A stretch of DNA of 64,000 nucleotides from Marinicella sp. (GTDB lineage Bacteria; Pseudomonadota; Gammaproteobacteria; Xanthomonadales; Marinicellaceae), in the NCBI GenBank assembly GCA_965230295.1, contig OZ246001.1:1216001-1280000 (forward strand). The letters run 5' to 3'. The position numbers were made by a program, and so were the translations under genes. The notes beneath the pieces are model-generated. The model saw nothing but the letters and a program-made list of their open reading frames with translations. It did not search any database and was not told the DNA's origin. Numbering within the stretch: position 1 is the stretch's first letter; every line of letters begins with the position of its first letter. This document shows, in pieces, positions 9,712 to 19,766 of this stretch.

Positions 9712-11157
9712 ATGACACATAAATTTGGCCTGTTTTTTTTACTGTTAGTTATAAGCGTTGCATGGGCCGGACCTTCAATTTGGAATCTGGGAACCTCACC
9801 CACTTCAGAAGTATTCAATGGTATCGCATCGGCTGATGGTAATTTTATTATCGCGGTGGGTGAGAATGGCACCATTGTCCATTTCAAAGACGGTGACAGC
9901 GGCACACTGATACCTTCAGGCACCACCGAGGAGTTATATGATGTCTATGTTGCTTCCCCCAATATGGCTGTAGCTGCCGGAGAGGACATTGTATTGTTGT
10001 GGGATGGCATCCAATGGGACCCCATTCAAACTGGCAACACCGACACCATTTATACCGGCGCTTGGATTTCACCCGAACAAGACGTGGTGCTGTTTGAATC
10101 CTTGGGCCAGTTCAATGTGATATGCCCCTATTTACCTGATGAAACCAACCAGCCCTTTTGTCGCGCGTATTCACAACCCATGCTCACTGCTTGCGGTAAC
10201 AGCAACGACATCAAAATGTTGATGGCCAGCGGTGACATTCAACATGTGGATAACTTCTTAGGTGATTTAAGTAACGGACAACCTTTACATACCGAAGCTG
10301 TGCCTTTGTTTTTAACAGCCATTTGGGCACCACCTCTGGCCTGCCTGCCAGGCTCCATTGAGCCTGAAGAGCTGTTTGCCATCAGGAGTGGCAATGAATT
10401 TTGGCATTTTGATGGTGCTGAATGGTCCAACATGAATGCCAATGTGCCTTTCGGCCAAACCCTCACCTGGCTCAGCGGCACCAGTAACCGCAACATCATT
10501 GCCATTGGATTCAAAGACGATGGCATGGGTGGTAATGAAGGGGTGGTATGGATCTACGATGGGCAAAACTGGACTGAAGACTCCAACCTGCCTGCTGGCA
10601 CCCCAGGTTTGACGGATATCGTGGCACATATCAATTTGCCGGATTTAATTTTTGCGACAGGTTTTGAATCTGGAACGCTCAACAGGACGATAGACGACTC
10701 CAGGATAGACATATTGGCAGCAGCAGAAAATGGTCGATATATTTTTACCAATCAACTCTTCCCTCCGACACCCACTGACTTATCCATCGACAAGCGCTTG
10801 CTGACACCAGAACCCATCACCCAGGGACAACAAGTCATCTTTGAAATTGAGGCGCAAAATTTGGGCAGTGAAACCGCCACCAATGTACGCATGACTGATG
10901 CCTACAACCCCAATTTACAGTTGGTGACTGACAATTGTGGCATGACTCAATTCAATGTTTATGTGGGCTGGCGTTATCGTGAACTGAATCTCCCATCGAT
11001 GGATGCAGGTGAGGTATTTACTTGTACCATGGTGTTTGCGGCCGTTGGTGTACCTGGTGATAATTTATATAATTACGCCCAAATTGATGGTGTAGCCGAC
11101 AACAATTACAGCAATAACCGCAGCGATGTCAAAAATGTATTTATTCAAGCGCCATGA
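9712..11157 (+). CDS. secreted protein with beta-propeller-like repeats and C-terminal DUF11-like Ig domain
   Basis: Signal peptide MTHKFGLFFLLLVISVAWA; AVGENGTIVHF / WDG repeats; DLSIDK...NLGSETATNV...DNNYSNN. Confidence 0.75.
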   Translation: MTHKFGLFFLLLVISVAWAGPSIWNLGTSPTSEVFNGIASADGNFIIAVGENGTIVHFKDGDSGTLIPSGTTEELYDVYVASPNMAVAAGEDIVLLWDGIQWDPIQTGNTDTIYTGAWISPEQDVVLFESLGQFNVICPYLPDETNQPFCRAYSQPMLTACGNSNDIKMLMASGDIQHVDNFLGDLSNGQPLHTEAVPLFLTAIWAPPLACLPGSIEPEELFAIRSGNEFWHFDGAEWSNMNANVPFGQTLTWLSGTSNRNIIAIGFKDDGMGGNEGVVWIYDGQNWTEDSNLPAGTPGLTDIVAHINLPDLIFATGFESGTLNRTIDDSRIDILAAAENGRYIFTNQLFPPTPTDLSIDKRLLTPEPITQGQQVIFEIEAQNLGSETATNVRMTDAYNPNLQLVTDNCGMTQFNVYVGWRYRELNLPSMDAGEVFTCTMVFAAVGVPGDNLYNYAQIDGVADNNYSNNRSDVKNVFIQAP

Positions 11158-11290
11158 ATTGAAATAAGTAGCTGAGCTATCATTGTGGTTTAAACCGAAT
11201 GACATCACTCACAGTTTTTCAACATACCAACGCAGTTAACACACATCAAAATAGCGTTGTCTCTAACAAACTGTGGGTGATTTCTTACTA

Positions 11291-11452
11291 ACTCATCTAA
11301 TACATCTTTCGCAGCCGGTTTTTCCGCAGGAAAAGAAGGGAAGAAAGATACACCCATGGATGCGGTTGGATTGCGCAGCAATTCAGAGCAGACTCATCTG
11401 ATGCATCTTTCGCAGCCGGTTTTTCAGCAGGGAAAGAAGGGAAGAAAGATAC
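11291..11452. repeat. 61-bp direct repeat x2 (4 mismatches) separated by 40 bp
   Basis: 11291-11351 versus 11392-11452 aligned by eye. Confidence 0.9.
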
Positions 11453-11841
11453 TAACGATGCTGGTCTATGAGAATCGCATTGCCATCCGGATCCACCAAA
11501 CTGATGTGTCCAGGACCGGTGGCTTCATCAATATTTGAATCTTTGATAGTGACTCCGGCATCAACCAGGTGCTGATGTATGGCTCTGACATCGGTGAAAT
11601 CATCCACATTGTTACATTTGCTGTCCCAACCCGGATTGAAGGTCAAGATGTTGCTATCGAACATGCCTTGAAACAAACCGATGGTGTGGTCACCATTGCG
11701 CAGAATTAACCAGTTTTGATCTTGTTCACCACCAATCACTTCGAAACCGAGGTGTCCATAAAATGCTTTAGAAGTGGCGATGTCTTTGACCGCCAGACTG
11801 ACTGAAAACGCCCCCAGTGGCATGGTTTTTTGAGCTGTCAT
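11452..11841 (-). CDS. VOC/glyoxalase family protein
   Basis: SLAVKDIATSKAFY...LVDPDGNAILIDQH; GGAGG RBS before ATG 11841. Confidence 0.9.
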   Translation of the reverse strand: MTAQKTMPLGAFSVSLAVKDIATSKAFYGHLGFEVIGGEQDQNWLILRNGDHTIGLFQGMFDSNILTFNPGWDSKCNNVDDFTDVRAIHQHLVDAGVTIKDSNIDEATGPGHISLVDPDGNAILIDQHR

Positions 11842-11988
11842 ATTGACCTCCATAAAATATTGAACAGGTCCATATACTAACCACAAACGAATTAAGCTGC
11901 ATCACCCATGTGGGTGAAATACCACTTTCAAGTCATTTTTTGGCCTGTTCATGTTAAAATTTTTTGTTCAAAACAGCGGCTATTTCTC

Positions 11989-12855
11989 ATGAATAATGAC
12001 CTCATCAAACGTATCATAGAACCCAGACTGAAAGACCTGGGAGGCTTTTCAGTGCGACGGGTATTGCCCATCGCCCAACAAAAAACCATTGGTCCCTGGA
12101 TCTTTTTCGACCACATGGGTCCGGCAAATTTCCCAGCCGGCAAAGGCATTGATGTCAGACCCCATCCGCACATAAACCTGGCGACCGTCACTTATTTATT
12201 TGAAGGTGAGATCCTGCATCGGGACTCGTTGGGTTCCTTGGCATCCATTGTTCCTGGAGACATCAACTTGATGGTGGCTGGTAAGGGCATTGTACATTCT
12301 GAACGTGAACGGGACGAAATCAGAAACCAAGACCATCGCTTGCACGGCTTGCAATTGTGGTTAGCACTGCCTGAAGCCGACGAAGAAACAGAGCCTGCTT
12401 TTTACCATTATGACCGAGCAGACATACCTGGAACACGGATCGATGACATTCCTGTCAGGGTGTTGATGGGTTCAGCATATGGCATCACTTCTCCTGTCAA
12501 AGTGTTCGCTGAGACCCTTTATATTGAAGCGACTTTACAACAAGGACAATCACTGATATTACCTGAAACTGAAGAACGTGGACTCTACATAGCCAAAGGT
12601 CAAGTTCGATTGTCAGGTAACCTCATTGAGACTTACCACATGGTTGTCATGAACCCTGGTGAAGCCAAAATCACTGCTTTAGGAGATGACACCCGCATTG
12701 CGCTGGTGGGTGGTGCACACATCGGCAAACGCTACATTGATTGGAATTTTGTCTCATCTCGTCCACAACGCATTGAACAAGCCAAAGATGACTGGCAGGC
12801 GCAACGGTTCCCTAAAGTGCCTGGTGACGAAGAAGAGTACATCCCGTTGCCTTGA
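11989..12855 (+). CDS. pirin family protein
   Basis: GPWIFFDHMG, PHPHINL, HSE, GLQLWLAL. Confidence 0.93.
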   Translation: MNNDLIKRIIEPRLKDLGGFSVRRVLPIAQQKTIGPWIFFDHMGPANFPAGKGIDVRPHPHINLATVTYLFEGEILHRDSLGSLASIVPGDINLMVAGKGIVHSERERDEIRNQDHRLHGLQLWLALPEADEETEPAFYHYDRADIPGTRIDDIPVRVLMGSAYGITSPVKVFAETLYIEATLQQGQSLILPETEERGLYIAKGQVRLSGNLIETYHMVVMNPGEAKITALGDDTRIALVGGAHIGKRYIDWNFVSSRPQRIEQAKDDWQAQRFPKVPGDEEEYIPLP

Positions 12856-14007
12856 TCAGGCTTCAACCTGGGGCTGCTCAATCGGCTGTAAAAATGCTTT
12901 GATTTCACTGGCTTGGTTCATGGCATCTTGGTGGCCCAGGTCGATCAAAGCCTTGGTGTAACTGGGTTCAAAAAGCAAATATGAAGGCATGCGCCAGTCT
13001 TTTCCCCAACCCCCAATCATTTTCAATAAAGTCTTGACCGGGCTGGGTATACAATCAGCATGGGCTGCAGTGATGTCCCTGACATCCACACTGGGTTTGA
13101 TAATCAGGGTTTGGATGGGTCGCAAATGAACTTGCTTGCGATTTTTTTCCGGTATCATATCTAATGTACGGTTGATGCGTTTCAATCGTGACAAGTCAGC
13201 CATCATGGTGTCCATAAAAATGGTGTCTAACATATAACCACCCAATTCACCCATACTCGGATATTCCCCTGGCTCGTCAGGCACGTTGATTGGGCTTTCA
13301 TCTCGGGTACCAATGACCAATATACGATCAGCACCTAAGTGAACAGCCGGTGACAAGGGTGCTGTCATACGCAAACCACCATCACCGTAGTATTCATTAC
13401 CTATCAGTTGAGCAGGAAACAAAAATGGTAAGGCAGTTGATGCCATGATGTGTTCAACAGTGATGTCCTCGCGCAAGCCCACTCGACGCGTGCGGTGCCA
13501 GGGAATTGCCGCTTCGTTGGCCTGGAAAAAACATTTGGCTATGGCAGTGTCGTATGAAGAGGCGGTGATCGATAACCCATCTAATACACCTTCATCAATC
13601 GCTTCTTGAATTTGTGGCAGCCGCAATTCACGCCGCAGTAATTCTGCCAACGGTGCATTGTCTAGCAAGGAATTGGGTGGTTTGACACCAAACCGACCCA
13701 ACAACACCGATCCGATCACTTTGGCCATGGTTTTGAAAATTTGTCTGGCATCGGTTCGGTAAACATCCGGACAATGGATGGTTGACCAAAAATGATGTAA
13801 ACGGGCGATCCCATGGCGCTGATTTTTGGCATGAGAGGCCATCACCACCGCATTGATTGCACCCGCAGAGGTGCCATTGACGATGGGGAAATGAAATCCT
13901 TCTGGCATGAATTCCATAATGGCCTTGATGACCCCGACCTGATAAGCACCACGAGCGCCACCGCCAGGCAGCATCAATGCTGTCTTGTGTAATACCGAAT
14001 CCAACAT
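12856..14007 (-). CDS. patatin-like phospholipase
   Basis: GGGARG, GTSAG, DGG motifs. Confidence 0.92.
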   Translation of the reverse strand: MLDSVLHKTALMLPGGGARGAYQVGVIKAIMEFMPEGFHFPIVNGTSAGAINAVVMASHAKNQRHGIARLHHFWSTIHCPDVYRTDARQIFKTMAKVIGSVLLGRFGVKPPNSLLDNAPLAELLRRELRLPQIQEAIDEGVLDGLSITASSYDTAIAKCFFQANEAAIPWHRTRRVGLREDITVEHIMASTALPFLFPAQLIGNEYYGDGGLRMTAPLSPAVHLGADRILVIGTRDESPINVPDEPGEYPSMGELGGYMLDTIFMDTMMADLSRLKRINRTLDMIPEKNRKQVHLRPIQTLIIKPSVDVRDITAAHADCIPSPVKTLLKMIGGWGKDWRMPSYLLFEPSYTKALIDLGHQDAMNQASEIKAFLQPIEQPQVEA

Positions 14008-14035
14008 CCCATCATTATAACCAGAAGCCCCGCTG

Positions 14036-15550
14036 TCAGCTGAGCTTTTCTCTGACTTGCGGCAGGATGCGCTTACTGACGGGCACAACAGCACCCTGAG
14101 AAAGCACCAATTGACCCGCCCCGGATGGGTTGCGCTCAAGTGAGTTGATTAAAGTGGTGTTGACCAGATAAGATCGGTGGGTTTTTAGAAACGTGGTTGG
14201 CAGACGCAATGACAATTCTGTGATGCTGCCATGAAACAATTTCACGTCGCCGTTGACGTCAAATAATTCAACATAATCACCCGCACCTTTGCAATAAGCC
14301 AAATCTCTGATCAGTTGCCACTCGGTCTTGCCGGCACTGCGAATCTCAATTTTTTCAGTGCTGTCCTGCATGGTTTTTTGTTCAATAATCTGTTGCAACT
14401 GATCAGCCCTGGCTTGGTATTTCAACTGCAATTTTTTGTCTAACGCGGCCTGTTTGGCTTGTTGGGCCATCAACAAGAAAATCAACAAAGCAACGAAATA
14501 GTAATAGACCGTATCGATAAAACTATACGCACTCAAAAAGATCATCAAAATAAAACCCAACAACAAAAACAACACAAACCTGGCTTGGGGTTGACCCAAG
14601 TACCAGGCTCTGCTTGAATAGGCCATGGCCACCGCTACTGACAACATGATGGCCAACAAGCTTTTTGAATCAAAACCTGGGATCACCCAAATGACACCCA
14701 TCAACACAACGGCTGTCACCAACCAATGAATCATTCGTTTCTTGATGGGCATTGTTTGGAGTACATAAGCCAATAAGCTGAGCCCGAAACCCAAGGAAAA
14801 CAGCAAGATGGCCATCAGGCGCAAGTCGTGCCATGGGTAGGAATATGCATGTATACCTCTGATGACTTCCACAAACAGTTGGGCGGCAGCCAACACAGCC
14901 ATTAATGGCAACAAAAACACATGTCGCGGCATGCGATTCAGCCAGGCCATTAAAGTTAAATAGAAAAATCCCAATAACAACACCCCAAAAGGCAACAGTG
15001 AAGGCCAGTAATAGCGCAAGATGCCGTTGGTCGGGCGCTGATAGGTTCCCAATGATATGCTGTGAATGGGGTGGGCCAGGCGAATGAATCCATGGTGTGC
15101 GGACAACAGCAATTGCAGTTGATTATCGACCGGTTGCAAAAGATCAATGGGTAGATGTATCACGGCATCAATTTGTCCTGCCACCTCATTCTCTGCCATG
15201 CGGGCCGGCTGGCCATTGTTGCCTAAGATTTGTCCATTGAAATACACCTGTGCGCTGGTTTTACCAGAAATGAACAAACCCAGCGGTTGCATTGAATGCA
15301 AGGTGTCCATTTCCACATCCAAATCCACGGCCACCCATAACAGTCGACCTTGCGGGTCCAGTTGGTCAATGTTCAGGTCATGGCAGTTGGCCGACAAAAA
15401 ATCCGGTTGGGTGGTGGCAGTGATCACTGTACCATCCACCACACAGACTCGTGCCATACCGGTTTGGTTCAAACTGATGGCCACAGCTGCTGCGCATGAG
15501 CACAGTAAGATCAGCAAGATCAGGATTTTAAAATGCCATGAATCATTCAT
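14036..15550 (-). CDS. membrane-embedded sensor fused to a LytTR DNA-binding domain
   Basis: Periplasmic N-domain, about 7 TM helices, C-terminal GDYV...FLKTHRSYLVN...VPVSKR. Confidence 0.88.
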   Translation of the reverse strand: MNDSWHFKILILLILLCSCAAAVAISLNQTGMARVCVVDGTVITATTQPDFLSANCHDLNIDQLDPQGRLLWVAVDLDVEMDTLHSMQPLGLFISGKTSAQVYFNGQILGNNGQPARMAENEVAGQIDAVIHLPIDLLQPVDNQLQLLLSAHHGFIRLAHPIHSISLGTYQRPTNGILRYYWPSLLPFGVLLLGFFYLTLMAWLNRMPRHVFLLPLMAVLAAAQLFVEVIRGIHAYSYPWHDLRLMAILLFSLGFGLSLLAYVLQTMPIKKRMIHWLVTAVVLMGVIWVIPGFDSKSLLAIMLSVAVAMAYSSRAWYLGQPQARFVLFLLLGFILMIFLSAYSFIDTVYYYFVALLIFLLMAQQAKQAALDKKLQLKYQARADQLQQIIEQKTMQDSTEKIEIRSAGKTEWQLIRDLAYCKGAGDYVELFDVNGDVKLFHGSITELSLRLPTTFLKTHRSYLVNTTLINSLERNPSGAGQLVLSQGAVVPVSKRILPQVREKLS

Positions 15551-15587
15551 CCGAACATACTATCGTGTTTTTAAAACCTCGCCAAGC

Positions 15588-15621
15588 CCGTTGACCGAAA
15601 ATACCTGACCGTTGACCGAAA
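15588..15621 (+). promoter_or_regulatory. putative LytTR-binding direct repeat
   Basis: ccgttgaccgaaa at 15588 and 15609, period 21 bp. Confidence 0.75.
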
Positions 15622-15681
15622 CACTGAGTCAGGTGGCATTTGGCTTTGTTACAGTGGTTATTTTAAACACGGGTATTACAC

Positions 15682-17112
15682 ATGAAAATCTGCCAAATAA
15701 CCTTATTGATGGCCTGTTCTTTGATTCCTTTCAACACCTCAGCGGCTTCAATTGCCAATGAAGGGGCCATTGTCTTTGCCTCTGAAGACGGTACCAGTAA
15801 AGGACAAACCGTTGAGGCATTCGAAGGTCATTTTTCGGTCACTGAAAACCGCCAGGCTGCCAACAGCCGTCAATTGAAACTGAAGTATGTGAGGTTCCCC
15901 AGCACCAGTAACCACCCTGGGCCACCGATTGTTTATCTTGCTGGCGGCCCTGGTGGCTCTGGTATAGCCACCGCCAAGCACCGCCGGTTTGAATTGTTTA
16001 TGGCCATGCGCGCTGTGGCAGATGTGATTGCTCTGGACCAACGGGGTACCGGGCAATCGAATGATTTGCCACGCTGTGAATCCAAGCAGGTCATTCCACA
16101 AGATCGTGCCATCGATGATGCTGAATTCATTGAATTGAATCGCCAGGCTTTGGGCGAATGTATGGATTTTTGGGGTGACCAAGGAGTGGATCTGGCTGCC
16201 TACAACACCCAAGAGAGCGTCAAAGACCTGGATGCTTTGAGACGACACCTTGGGGTTAAAAAAATCAGCCTGTGGGGCATTTCTTATGGCAGCCACCTGG
16301 CCTTGGCCACCCTTAAAAAACAACCTGAAATACTGCACAAAGTGATCATCGCCAGTGCTGAAGGGTTGGCCCAAACCATAAAATACCCAGCCAGGACCGA
16401 TGCTTATTTTGACCGCCTACAAAATTACATCAACAACAAGACCCAACAAGACACCGACATCAAAACCATCATGCGAACCGTCCACCAGCAACTGGATGAA
16501 AAGCCGGTGTTGTTTCAGTGGAAAAACAAACAACAACAGACTGTCAGTTATTATTTGCAAGCCAGAGACATGCAACAGATGACTTCCGCCATGATATCTG
16601 ATCCATCTCGAGCGCAACAGGTGTTGCCGTTGTATTTCGCTTTACAAGCAGGCTTCCATGCGCCAGTACAAAACATTTTGGAAAAATACATGAATCCAGA
16701 AAAGCCGATCAGTTTCAGCCCCATGAGTACGGCCATGGATTTGGCCTCCGGGATCAGCCTCAAACGATTCATTGAAATTGAAAACCAAGCCAAAACTTCA
16801 CTGTTGGGTGGCTATCTGAATTTCAGTTACTACTTCACTGACCTGGCGAAAAAACACCAACTGGATTTGGGTGAAGCTTTTCGCAGCAAGCCGATCAGCG
16901 ATGTCCCCACCTTGTTACTCTCTGGGACTTTAGATGGCAGAACGTATATTGAAAGCCAGCTGGAAGCGACCTCTGGCTTGAGTCAGCGCACAGCCATTAA
17001 AGTGGTCAATGCCGGACATAATTTATTCAAATCTTCACCATTGGTGATCAAAAACATGCTGTTGTTTATGCAAGACCAGCCCATCACTGACCCTGTCATC
17101 ACAGTGGAATAA
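15682..17112 (+). CDS. secreted alpha/beta hydrolase (TAP-like / S33 peptidase)
   Basis: Signal peptide, GGPGGSG, DQRGTG, GISYG nucleophile, NAGH. Confidence 0.88.
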   Translation: MKICQITLLMACSLIPFNTSAASIANEGAIVFASEDGTSKGQTVEAFEGHFSVTENRQAANSRQLKLKYVRFPSTSNHPGPPIVYLAGGPGGSGIATAKHRRFELFMAMRAVADVIALDQRGTGQSNDLPRCESKQVIPQDRAIDDAEFIELNRQALGECMDFWGDQGVDLAAYNTQESVKDLDALRRHLGVKKISLWGISYGSHLALATLKKQPEILHKVIIASAEGLAQTIKYPARTDAYFDRLQNYINNKTQQDTDIKTIMRTVHQQLDEKPVLFQWKNKQQQTVSYYLQARDMQQMTSAMISDPSRAQQVLPLYFALQAGFHAPVQNILEKYMNPEKPISFSPMSTAMDLASGISLKRFIEIENQAKTSLLGGYLNFSYYFTDLAKKHQLDLGEAFRSKPISDVPTLLLSGTLDGRTYIESQLEATSGLSQRTAIKVVNAGHNLFKSSPLVIKNMLLFMQDQPITDPVITVE

Positions 17113-17138
17113 CCTCAAACCTGCCATCAGTTGCGCAC

Positions 17139-17160
17139 CAGGCTGTAGTTTCACAGCCTG
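17139..17160 (+). terminator. stem-loop, putative terminator
   Basis: caggctgt-agtttc-acagcctg followed by atgttt. Confidence 0.5.
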
Positions 17161-17200
17161 ATGTTTGATATAGTGATTGACTGTTTAACCGACTATCACT

Positions 17201-18034
17201 ATGCGATACACCACACTTTTCACATTGTTTTTGGTTGTTGTTATCATCTACGAAGTAGATGCAAAAACCATTGATTATGATTCAGCACCTGCACAAGTCA
17301 GTTTCAGCGCTGTCACTCAATTGGCCGTTGACCAGCCCGATGAAAAAATTACCTATGGCGAAGACCCTTTACAATTTGGGTGGTTGTGGCAAACAGACCT
17401 GACCAACAGCAAACCGCTGATCATCTTGGTTCACGGAGGTTGTTGGCTGAATGCTTTCGGGGTCGATCATTCATTCCCAATGGCCACGGCCTTGTCCCAA
17501 CAAGGGCACCCCGTATGGTCACTGGAATACCGCAGAACCGGTGATGCGGGCGGTGGTTGGCCAGGCAGTTTCAACGACATCAAACAAGCCTTGTTGTCTA
17601 TAGAACAATTGAATAATCACGGCATCAATACAGAATCCGTGATCTTAATGGGCCATTCAGCAGGTGGTCATTTGGCCTTGTTAGCGGCCAGTGACTTACC
17701 AGAAATCAAGTTTAAGCAAGTGATTGGTCTGGCTGCAATCACTGACATCAGCCGCTATGCATTGGGTGAGAACAGCTGCCAAATGGCCACGCCTCAATTT
17801 ATGCGCGGTATGCCAAACGAACAGAGTACGGCCTACCAACAAGCCAACCTGATTTACCGCCGACTGCCTAAACAGGTTTTGTTGTTGCAAGGTGATGCCG
17901 ATCGGATTGTGCCCACCATCCAGTCTAAACTGCATGATGTCAAAGTTGAAATTCTGAAAGATGCAGGACATTTCGACTGGATTCATCCTGGTTCACCCGC
18001 TTTCAAACAATTACTGTTGGCATTGGATCCATGA
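17201..18034 (+). CDS. alpha/beta hydrolase (esterase/lipase)
   Basis: HGGCW, GHSAGG, AGHF. Confidence 0.88.
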   Translation: MRYTTLFTLFLVVVIIYEVDAKTIDYDSAPAQVSFSAVTQLAVDQPDEKITYGEDPLQFGWLWQTDLTNSKPLIILVHGGCWLNAFGVDHSFPMATALSQQGHPVWSLEYRRTGDAGGGWPGSFNDIKQALLSIEQLNNHGINTESVILMGHSAGGHLALLAASDLPEIKFKQVIGLAAITDISRYALGENSCQMATPQFMRGMPNEQSTAYQQANLIYRRLPKQVLLLQGDADRIVPTIQSKLHDVKVEILKDAGHFDWIHPGSPAFKQLLLALDP

Positions 18035-18366
18035 ATGAAAAGCAACTTCAGGCTTTCAAACAGCAGTTATTGGAACTAAAATCAATAACTGAACAGCGTG
18101 CCAGCAGCAATCAAGATGCGCTGGATACGGTTGAACTGGACCAAAACAGGGTGGGTCGTTTGAGCCGCATGGATGCCTTGCAAGGTCAGCAAATGGCGCA
18201 AGAAGCTGAACGGCGACGCTTGCTCAAACTCAAACAAATTGAAGGTGCCTTGTTGCGCATCAAACAGGGTGATTATGGTGACTGCTTTGTCTGTGATTGT
18301 GAAATTCAATACGCTCGACTGCAGTTCGACCCAACCATCACACGCTGTGTTGATTGCAGTGAATAG
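18031..18366 (+). CDS. TraR/DksA C4-type zinc-finger protein
   Basis: VGRLSRMDALQ, YGDCFVC...RCVDC. Confidence 0.9.
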   Translation: MNEKQLQAFKQQLLELKSITEQRASSNQDALDTVELDQNRVGRLSRMDALQGQQMAQEAERRRLLKLKQIEGALLRIKQGDYGDCFVCDCEIQYARLQFDPTITRCVDCSE

Positions 18367-18386
18367 TTCAGTTAAGGGGGGACTTT

Positions 18387-19679
18387 ATGGAAAATGATTT
18401 GCTGATACAGAATGTGGTTTTTTCTCTGGTGATTCTGATCATCGCCAGCTTACTGGCTGAACCTTTGGCCCGTTTATTCAGACTTCCATTTGTGGCTTTC
18501 TTAATTGTGGTCGGCTATTTGGGTTCAGAACTGGTGGTGATTCTTGGATATGACACCGGTATCAGAGCCAGTAATTTCAACCTACTGGTCTTTTATGTAT
18601 TCCTACCGATCATCATTTTTGAGTCAGCTTACCGAATCAATCAGAAAGCCCTGATCCGATGCCTGCTGCCGATTTTGATGCTGGCCATGCCCATCATGTT
18701 CATCTCCGCCGGGATAGCTGCTTTGTTGATTTACTGGGGCATTGGACACAGCACCGGTTTCCCGATCTACACCGCCCTGGTGGCCGGTGCTTTGCTGGTG
18801 GCCACCGACCCCATGGCCGTGGTCAGTCATTTAAAAAGGATCAAAGCCCCAACCGAAGTCACCACCTTGATCGAAGGTGAAAGCTTGTTCAACGATGCCA
18901 TCGCTGTGGTGTTGTTCATCACTTTATTAAACCTGGCATTGGCCACCGAACAAGTGGGCATGGACGGTCATACTGTGATGCTGAGTGATCAGGTGCTCAA
19001 TTTTTTAAAAATGTTTTTTGGTGGACTTATATTTGGCGCCATCTGTGGTGCGATTGGCGCCTTTCTCAGTTACCTGATTGTGACCAGGATTTTAGAAAAT
19101 GTGTTGTTGGTTTCAGTGGCATATGGGTCTTTTCTGATTGCTGAAGATTTCATCGGCGTTTCTGGGATGATGGCTGTGTTGGCCTCAGGTTTGATCATGA
19201 ACAAAGCCCATGAAAAATTCATCCCGGCAGAAGACCGCACCTTTATCCATTATTGGTGGGAAGTGATCAGTTTTTTTGCCAATTCGATGATTTTTATCTT
19301 ATTGGGTGTCACCATCACCGCCAGCATGTTCCAAGAACGTTGGCTGGCGATGCTGATCGCCATTGGAGCCGTTTTGATCACCCGCGCCATTGCCATATTT
19401 GGCTTGTTGCCCTTATTCACTTTGGGCAGCAAGAATCCGGTCAATGAACCGACCAAGAAAATCCTGTTTTGGGGTGGTACCCGAGGCGCTGTGACTGTGG
19501 CATTGGCCCTGTCGCTACCCATCGAACTGGACGCCTGGTGGACCATCCAATCGATGGCTTTTGGTGTGGTGCTGTTCACCTTGTTTGTGCAAGCTCCGAC
19601 TGTCCCGATGTTGCTGTCAAAGACCCACCCCAAACACACCGCCAGCCACATCAACCTGATGGGTCATAAAAGCGATTGA
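18387..19679 (+). CDS. CPA1 family Na+/H+ antiporter
   Basis: ATDPMAV, EGESLFNDA, GTRGAV; many TM helices. Confidence 0.9.
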   Translation: MENDLLIQNVVFSLVILIIASLLAEPLARLFRLPFVAFLIVVGYLGSELVVILGYDTGIRASNFNLLVFYVFLPIIIFESAYRINQKALIRCLLPILMLAMPIMFISAGIAALLIYWGIGHSTGFPIYTALVAGALLVATDPMAVVSHLKRIKAPTEVTTLIEGESLFNDAIAVVLFITLLNLALATEQVGMDGHTVMLSDQVLNFLKMFFGGLIFGAICGAIGAFLSYLIVTRILENVLLVSVAYGSFLIAEDFIGVSGMMAVLASGLIMNKAHEKFIPAEDRTFIHYWWEVISFFANSMIFILLGVTITASMFQERWLAMLIAIGAVLITRAIAIFGLLPLFTLGSKNPVNEPTKKILFWGGTRGAVTVALALSLPIELDAWWTIQSMAFGVVLFTLFVQAPTVPMLLSKTHPKHTASHINLMGHKSD

Positions 19680-19766
19680 ATCATTCAACTGTATGATCAA
19701 AAAAACAAAAAACTTTTTTGTTTGGATATGCCCAGCTCCTTATCTGGTGTTTTCTCACTGGCTTAC

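Noticed and set aside
11291-11452. Mini CRISPR array
   Set aside because: Only two units, 61 bp is too long for typical repeats, and there are no cas genes in the window
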